Assembly: GCA_035300805.1 (NCBI GenBank)
Contig: DATGVB010000069.1
Location: forward strand, 1 to 33,077
Origin: Tetragenococcus sp.
Lineage (GTDB): Bacteria; Bacillota; Bacilli; Lactobacillales; Enterococcaceae
Reading direction: 5' to 3'
Length of the DNA stretch: 33,077 nucleotides
In this document: piece by piece, positions 27,638-33,077 of the stretch
Numbering within the stretch: position 1 is the first letter of the stretch
How the letters are laid out: each line of letters opens with the position of its first letter
The notes under the pieces: generated by a model
Seen by the model: the letters and a program-made list of their open reading frames with translations, nothing else
What the model was told of the DNA's origin: nothing
Database searches by the model: none
Position numbers and translations under genes: made by a program

Positions 27638-29155
27638 TTAATTGCCGCCGTTACCACGGAATTCCCCTGTTTTTGCATTAATTGTTACAATATACATTGG
27701 AAAGGCTGATTTGCCAATGCCTTTTAGAATTTTTGACTTATTGTTAGTGGCATACAAATTATAGTAGCCTTCACCATCAATAATTTGCGCTTTTTCTACA
27801 TAGTAGCCGCCAGAGACAATATAGCCACGCGAAATGCATTCATTGATCACTTTATCATAGACACCAGAATTCCAATTCCAAGCATCATTATTGCTATCTG
27901 CAACATCATTCTGATCCGCTGAAATGATAGGCTGGTTTGAACTGTTTGTTTTGGCTGAAGCTAAGGATCCACTGTTTTTTGCCGCTTTTTTGTCCTGACT
28001 ATCTTCTGTTGCCTTTTTTGCAGCAGCTTTTTCCGCCTTTTCTTTCTCTTCGGCTTTTTCACGAGCTACTAAAGCCTGACTGACAGTCTTTAAATCTTTT
28101 AACAGCGATTTTTTTTCATCACTATCGTATAATTGATCTACTGTTTTTTGAGCCTTTTCTACATCTTTGCGGCTCACTGAATCAGCTAATTCACCCTTTT
28201 TATAAGAAGCTAAAAGTGTTTTTACTTCTTTATCTGCTTTGTCAACTGCTTGATTCTCATTATTCGCCTGTTCTATTGCCTGGTTGACTAGCCTGGCAAA
28301 GTCATCGTCAGCTTCTAAAGAGTCCATCGCCATTTTTTGATCTGTTTTAGCATGGACATCTTCTTGCAACTTACCATCAACTAAAACAGCAGCATTAAAA
28401 TAACTATTCAATTCTTTGGTTTTATCTGCTTTATAAGTAAGATCTTTCTTCTTGGCTGCTATTTTCTTATATTGTTTTTCAGAGGAATAGTTATCTAAGT
28501 TTTTAGTAGTATTTGTAATGTCCTCTTGAGTAACATCATTGTAAATAAAATTATGACTTTCATCGGTATAATAACTATCTAGTTTTTCATCTATTGCAGC
28601 TAATTTTTGTCTGTTTTCTATCTGTTCTTCTTTAGCAGCTTCCACTTTTTGAGCATGTTGATAATAAGTAATTCCTCCAACTGCAATAACTAGTAAGGCA
28701 GCTGCTGTTAAGATATAATTTTTTTTGCGATCTTTTTTTTCTCTTTTACGAGAACGGCCTTTTACTGTCTTCTTTTCCTGGGCGGATGATTTCTCTTTAT
28801 CTGAGAAAGAATTTCCCTTTCTTGAAGATCTTTTCTCACCAGCAGTCGTCTCATCTTTATGACTTTTGATATATTCAGCCAAGACCGGATTATCAGACTC
28901 ATTTTCTTTTTGATCGCTATGATCCTGTTTTTTTGTATCATCTGTCTGATTTTTATCTGCGTGCTTAGACGCTGCTTTTTCTTTTGAGTCCTTACTATCC
29001 TCATCCTGTAAATCTGAAAAATGTTCCATCACTGTTCCAAGCGGCAGTTCTTTATAATCAGACCAATTGATATCATCATTTTTTAAATTAATCCCACAAT
29101 TTGGACAAACACTTTGGACTGAAGATAATTCAAATCCACAATTTGGGCATTTCAT
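27638..29155 (-). CDS. mapZ: Cell division site-positioning protein MapZ (LocZ) family, with N-terminal zinc ribbon
   Basis: C-terminus AWNWNSGV...RGYI...IIDGEGYYNLY...TINAKTGEFRGNG matches the recalled MapZ extracellular domain 2 (AWEFNPGV...RGYI...GNGYYNLY...NCKTGYFVGNG); single TM; CPNC-x10-CPNC at the N-terminus. Confidence 0.82.
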   Translation of the reverse strand: MKCPNCGFELSSVQSVCPNCGINLKNDDINWSDYKELPLGTVMEHFSDLQDEDSKDSKEKAASKHADKNQTDDTKKQDHSDQKENESDNPVLAEYIKSHKDETTAGEKRSSRKGNSFSDKEKSSAQEKKTVKGRSRKREKKDRKKNYILTAAALLVIAVGGITYYQHAQKVEAAKEEQIENRQKLAAIDEKLDSYYTDESHNFIYNDVTQEDITNTTKNLDNYSSEKQYKKIAAKKKDLTYKADKTKELNSYFNAAVLVDGKLQEDVHAKTDQKMAMDSLEADDDFARLVNQAIEQANNENQAVDKADKEVKTLLASYKKGELADSVSRKDVEKAQKTVDQLYDSDEKKSLLKDLKTVSQALVAREKAEEKEKAEKAAAKKATEDSQDKKAAKNSGSLASAKTNSSNQPIISADQNDVADSNNDAWNWNSGVYDKVINECISRGYIVSGGYYVEKAQIIDGEGYYNLYATNNKSKILKGIGKSAFPMYIVTINAKTGEFRGNGGN

Positions 29156-29358
29156 TTTCCTATCGAACTCCTTTTTAATTTCTAAGTTTTAATCTATCAT
29201 AGATTCGAACATTCGCCAATAGCCAACTGTTTACGTTTTTATTAAGATATTGTCAGTTCAACCACAGGGATTTATCATTTCGTAGTCATTTTTTAATATT
29301 TCAGATAGTGATAATGTATTTAACGAAAGCGATTTTTGAAACATCGGCTTTCATTCAT

Positions 29359-29393
29359 AAAAATAGCCCGAAGATAACGGAAATCTTCGGACC
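29359..29393 (-). terminator. rpoD terminator
   Basis: CCGAAGAT...ATCTTCGG stem followed by GCTATTTTT on the minus strand. Confidence 0.8.
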
Positions 29394-29405
29394 TTTCTTA
29401 CTATT

Positions 29406-30512
29406 TTAATCTAAAAAATCTTTTAACTGTTTTGAACGAGATGGATGGCGCAATTTGCGCAAGGCTTTGGCTTCAATTTGTCGAATTCGTTCACGTGTAA
29501 CACCAAACACTTTTCCTACTTCTTCAAGTGTTCTTGTTCGACCGTCATCGATCCCAAAACGCAAACGCAGAACATTTTCTTCCCGATCTGTCAAAGTATC
29601 CAGAACATCTTCTAATTGTTCTTTTAACAATTCATAAGCAGCATGATCTGCCGGACTAGTGGCTTCCTGATCTTCAATAAAGTCCCCCAGATGAGAATCA
29701 TCTTCTTCACCGATGGGGGTTTCCAAAGAGACTGGTTCTTGGGCAATCTTCAGAATTTCTCTGACTTTTTCAGTCGGCAGATCCATTTCTGCTCCGATTT
29801 CTTCTGGTGTCGGTTCACGACCTAGATCTTGTAATAGCTGTCGTTGAATACGAATCAGTTTATTGATTGTTTCAACCATATGAACTGGAATCCGAATCGT
29901 TCTAGCCTGATCGGCGATAGCCCGTGTAATGGCTTGGCGAATCCACCAAGTTGCATAGGTTGAAAATTTAAATCCTTTACGGTAATCAAACTTTTCAACA
30001 GCTTTCATCAAGCCCATATTTCCTTCTTGAATCAGATCAAGAAATTGCATGCCGCGACCGACATAGCGCTTAGCGATACTTACGACCAGTCGCAGATTCG
30101 CTTCAGCTAGACGCTGCTTAGCTTCCTGGTCGCCCTGCTCAATTTTTAAGGCAAGCTCGACTTCTTCTTCTGCTGTCAACAAATCGACCCGTCCAATTTC
30201 TTTTAAGTACATCCGGACAGGATCATTGATTTTTACCCCTGTTGGAGCAGATAAGTCAGCCTTTGGTTTCTTTTTTTCAACTTTTTCAGTCGCCTTTAAA
30301 CTGTGAGCAGACGGCTCGCCATTTTCATCAACAACACTGATCCCTGCATCTTCGACTTTTTGAATCAGTTTATCCATGCCATCTGCGTCTAAATCATAGG
30401 GGGTTGCAAGTTGGTTAGATAAATCGTCATAGACCACTTGTCCTATTGGTTTTTTCGTTTTGATAAAATCTTTTACTGCTTTGTCATAACTTGTTTTTGT
30501 TTTTTTTGCCAT
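29406..30512 (-). CDS. rpoD: RNA polymerase primary sigma factor SigA
   Basis: [44 protein letters not shown] motifs. Confidence 0.98.
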   Translation of the reverse strand: MAKKTKTSYDKAVKDFIKTKKPIGQVVYDDLSNQLATPYDLDADGMDKLIQKVEDAGISVVDENGEPSAHSLKATEKVEKKKPKADLSAPTGVKINDPVRMYLKEIGRVDLLTAEEEVELALKIEQGDQEAKQRLAEANLRLVVSIAKRYVGRGMQFLDLIQEGNMGLMKAVEKFDYRKGFKFSTYATWWIRQAITRAIADQARTIRIPVHMVETINKLIRIQRQLLQDLGREPTPEEIGAEMDLPTEKVREILKIAQEPVSLETPIGEEDDSHLGDFIEDQEATSPADHAAYELLKEQLEDVLDTLTDREENVLRLRFGIDDGRTRTLEEVGKVFGVTRERIRQIEAKALRKLRHPSRSKQLKDFLD

Positions 30513-30536
30513 GCAGAAGGCCTCCTCTTGTTGTTG

Positions 30537-32363
30537 CTATTTAGCCAGTTTCAATTCCTTTGTAAGATTTATAATTTCAATTGCCAACTCTAACTCTAAC
30601 TGCTGATTCCCTTTTTGACTTGCTTCTTGTTGCTGTAATTTTTTCTGATTGATCTGGTCAACCAGACTTGAAGCCTGGATCACTTGCAACAAGTCACGAA
30701 ACTCCTGATCTGTACCTTCAGCAGGAACATTTAAAACTGCTATTGTACTAGTTAGCTGACGCATTTCTTCCTCTTTAAGAAAATCAAGAAACTTTGCTAA
30801 AACAAATTCTCCTTGGTTTTCTACATAAACATCATACAGCATATATAGTTCCTGATATTTCTCATGAACGAAGGTCACTTGAGCTTGTTTGAGTTGTTGA
30901 TTCAATGTCTCATCATTAAACAAACGATATAATAATAACTCCTCCGCCCTTTCAACTTTCGTTTTCGGTTGTCTAAGCTTAGGGCTGGGGCTTGGGATGA
31001 AATCTTGTAAAGAAGATCGTTCTTGTCTTTGTCGTTGTTGTTTTAACTGTTGAAATTGCTGTTGCAAAATTTCTCTTGATAATTGAAACTCAGTGGATAG
31101 TTGTGTGAGATAACGATCTTGTTCGATCAAAGAATCGACGGCCAGTAGATCATAAAGTAATTCCTGCACATATTCTACCTGCTCTTTTTCGTTTGACAGA
31201 TTTTTGTCTATCCGACGATACCGCATCTTAAAGGCAAATACAGTTTCTTTTCCATGTTCGCATAAATTGACAAAGGCTTTTTCGTCATATTTTTGCACAT
31301 ATTCATCTGGATCCATTTTTTCTGGTATACTTACTATCGATAAATTCAACGCACTATTTTCTTGAAACAGTCGAATTGCACGATCCGTAGCTTTAATTCC
31401 GGCTGAATCCCCATCATAACATAAAATCAGATTTTTTGTTACTCGACTAATGGAAGCAATCTGCTGATTTGTCAGGCTTGTTCCCATTGAAGCAATACCA
31501 TTTTTTAAACCAGAACGATAAGCTGCCAACACATCCATAAAACCTTCAAACAGATAAACTTCATTACTTTTACGGATACTGGCACGTGCCTTATCATAGT
31601 TAAACAAAACTTCACTTTTGTTAAAAATTTTAGTTTCAGGCGAGTTTAAATACTTGGGCTGATCTTCTTGCCTAAAAGACTCCGTTGCCAGAAAACGACC
31701 AGAAAAAGCGACTGTTTTTGCTTGAGCATTACGAATAGGAAACATGATCCTTTGATAAAAACGATCCAGCAGTTCCCCATTTTCTTTTTCAACAAATAAT
31801 CCTGTCTCTTTAAAATTATTTTCATCCAAAGCTTCATTGCGAAATATCCGTAACAAAAAATCACGCTGTTCAGGTGCAAAACCAATCTTAAATTCTTCGA
31901 TCAGCGCATCTGTTAATCCTCTTTCGTGCAGATAGTCCAGTGCCTCTTGACCAGCTGCAGTATTTACCAGCATATGATGATATATCTCAACTGCTTTTTC
32001 ATGCAGCTGGATCAACATTTGATCTACAGAATTCAAGTCATCATTGGTAGTAGATAAATGTCGATAACTATCATCAATTGGAATGTTTTCCATATCAGCT
32101 ACTTTTAAAACAGCTTCTGTAAAAGAAATTCCTTCGATTTCTTGTATAAAAGTAAAAACATTACCACCTTCACCACAGCCAAAACAATAATAAAATTGTT
32201 TATCCTCTGCTACTGAAAAAGAAGGCGTTTTTTCATTATGGAAGGGACACAATCCAGTATAATTTTTGCCTGATTTTTTCAGCTGCACATATTGTCCTAC
32301 GATATCAACAATATTCGTTTTTTCACGAATATCATCAATCACTTGTGGTGGGATTTTTGCCAT
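30537..32363 (-). CDS. dnaG: DNA primase
   Basis: CPFH...CFGC Zn finger, KYLNSPET, EGFMD, YDGDSAG and DPDE TOPRIM motifs. Confidence 0.98.
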   Translation of the reverse strand: MAKIPPQVIDDIREKTNIVDIVGQYVQLKKSGKNYTGLCPFHNEKTPSFSVAEDKQFYYCFGCGEGGNVFTFIQEIEGISFTEAVLKVADMENIPIDDSYRHLSTTNDDLNSVDQMLIQLHEKAVEIYHHMLVNTAAGQEALDYLHERGLTDALIEEFKIGFAPEQRDFLLRIFRNEALDENNFKETGLFVEKENGELLDRFYQRIMFPIRNAQAKTVAFSGRFLATESFRQEDQPKYLNSPETKIFNKSEVLFNYDKARASIRKSNEVYLFEGFMDVLAAYRSGLKNGIASMGTSLTNQQIASISRVTKNLILCYDGDSAGIKATDRAIRLFQENSALNLSIVSIPEKMDPDEYVQKYDEKAFVNLCEHGKETVFAFKMRYRRIDKNLSNEKEQVEYVQELLYDLLAVDSLIEQDRYLTQLSTEFQLSREILQQQFQQLKQQRQRQERSSLQDFIPSPSPKLRQPKTKVERAEELLLYRLFNDETLNQQLKQAQVTFVHEKYQELYMLYDVYVENQGEFVLAKFLDFLKEEEMRQLTSTIAVLNVPAEGTDQEFRDLLQVIQASSLVDQINQKKLQQQEASQKGNQQLELELAIEIINLTKELKLAK

Positions 32364-32403
32364 ATTGTCTCACCTCCAAAATAAGATGAGCTGTTCTATC
32401 GGT

Positions 32404-32436
32404 AAAAAATCGCACCAATTAATATTAGTGCGACTT
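32404..32436 (-). terminator. Intrinsic terminator hairpin upstream of dnaG
   Basis: AAGTCGCACTAAT-ATTA-ATTGGTGCGATTT-TTT on the minus strand; two G-U pairs make it strand-specific. Confidence 0.7.
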
Positions 32437-32462
32437 AAAATAGACAGTTTTCTACATTTACT

Positions 32463-32490
32463 ATTATAACAAATTCTGTAAATTTTTCAA
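32463..32490 (-). promoter_or_regulatory. Candidate sigma-A promoter upstream of the dnaG leader
   Basis: TTGAAA (32485-32490)-16 nt-TATAAT (32463-32468) with extended -10 TG. Confidence 0.55.
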
Positions 32491-32503
32491 TTTTTTTGCC
32501 TTC

Positions 32504-33077
32504 TTATTTATAGCTTTCTTCTAACCGACTCATCCAGGCACCCAATAAAGCTCCTAGTACGCACATGATCAAACAAGCAAAATAACCGCTAAAAGTAAAT
32601 CCGCTGTAATCAGTAGGTATGATCATTATTGTCGAAGCAAAGACAATTCCCATAATAAAGTGAAACAGTTGGGGATAAGCTCTGCTGAAAATATAGTCTA
32701 CTACTTTTGATAGACTCAAAACCGTCACCACACCACCTACTGCAATCGGAAGGATTACTGACATATCTAGTTGATTGATGCCGTCAGACATAGCTTTATA
32801 CATTCCCATATAAACTAAAAAATTAGACGGACTCAAGCCAGGTACGATCATGCCCAAAGCAATCAGAAAACCGGCCAATGTCCAAGTCCAGATATTTTGT
32901 GGTACTTCAGAAAACAAACTGGCACCTTGCCACAAAAAAATCAGGCCGCCAGCAAAACTGACTGCAAGAATAATCAAGTCCCGTCCTGACCGCCCCTTTT
33001 TCCCAGCTTCTTTCCACAAGGCTGGTACTGTTCCTAGGATACAACCCACAAAAAACCATAAAATGATCGTCTCATAA
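32504..33077 (-). CDS. DUF368 domain membrane protein (PopT-like undecaprenyl-phosphate translocase family), 3' part
   Basis: Frame is open to the window end; multiple TM helices, MIVPGLSPS and FIMGIVFAS motifs typical of DUF368. Confidence 0.8.
   Translation of the reverse strand, partial: YETIILWFFVGCILGTVPALWKEAGKKGRSGRDLIILAVSFAGGLIFLWQGASLFSEVPQNIWTWTLAGFLIALGMIVPGLSPSNFLVYMGMYKAMSDGINQLDMSVILPIAVGGVVTVLSLSKVVDYIFSRAYPQLFHFIMGIVFASTIMIIPTDYSGFTFSGYFACLIMCVLGALLGAWMSRLEESYK

Noticed and set aside
29304-29322. Fur box upstream of mapZ (GATAGTGATAATGTATTTA)
   Set aside because: About 13/19 match with a poor right half in AT-rich DNA and no functional rationale

Overview
Low-GC Firmicute chromosomal segment. 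Gene content, order and protein sequences point to Enterococcaceae (Enterococcus/Tetragenococcus-like; inference). Almost all genes are on the minus strand and are core housekeeping genes. In transcription order: DUF368 (partial), dnaG, rpoD, mapZ, azlC, azlD, cvfB, fur, xerD, scpA, scpB, rluB, FMN riboswitch with ribU, ferredoxin, ypbB, recQ/recS, LysM protein, cmk, rpsA, der, hup, an AroB-like gene, ypiA (TPR), ypiB/reoY, yitT, ypjD, cca, a hypothetical, an endonuclease, a LysM/Apf protein, rpmG, 5-formyl-THF cyclo-ligase, rhomboid, yqgQ, glcK, rhodanese, two small ORFs, galK and galE (partial). I found no transposase, prophage, CRISPR array, rRNA/tRNA or recognisable defence system, and I cannot claim a clear-cut new system. 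The best leads are: (1) a full-length AroB-fold protein that has lost its NAD-, substrate- and Zn-binding motifs, tightly linked to a TPR gene and the ReoY-family proteolysis factor; (2) a 1-nt frameshift near the start of rpsA; (3) a 30-bp direct repeat between yitT and ypiB; (4) a terminator hairpin that hides the azlC RBS and contains a promoter; (5) a terminator in the dnaG leader; (6) Per boxes upstream of fur and of an uncharacterised gene; (7) a DEAH-to-DEAN change in the RecQ helicase. All calls come from reading the sequence and recalled family motifs; no searches were run.
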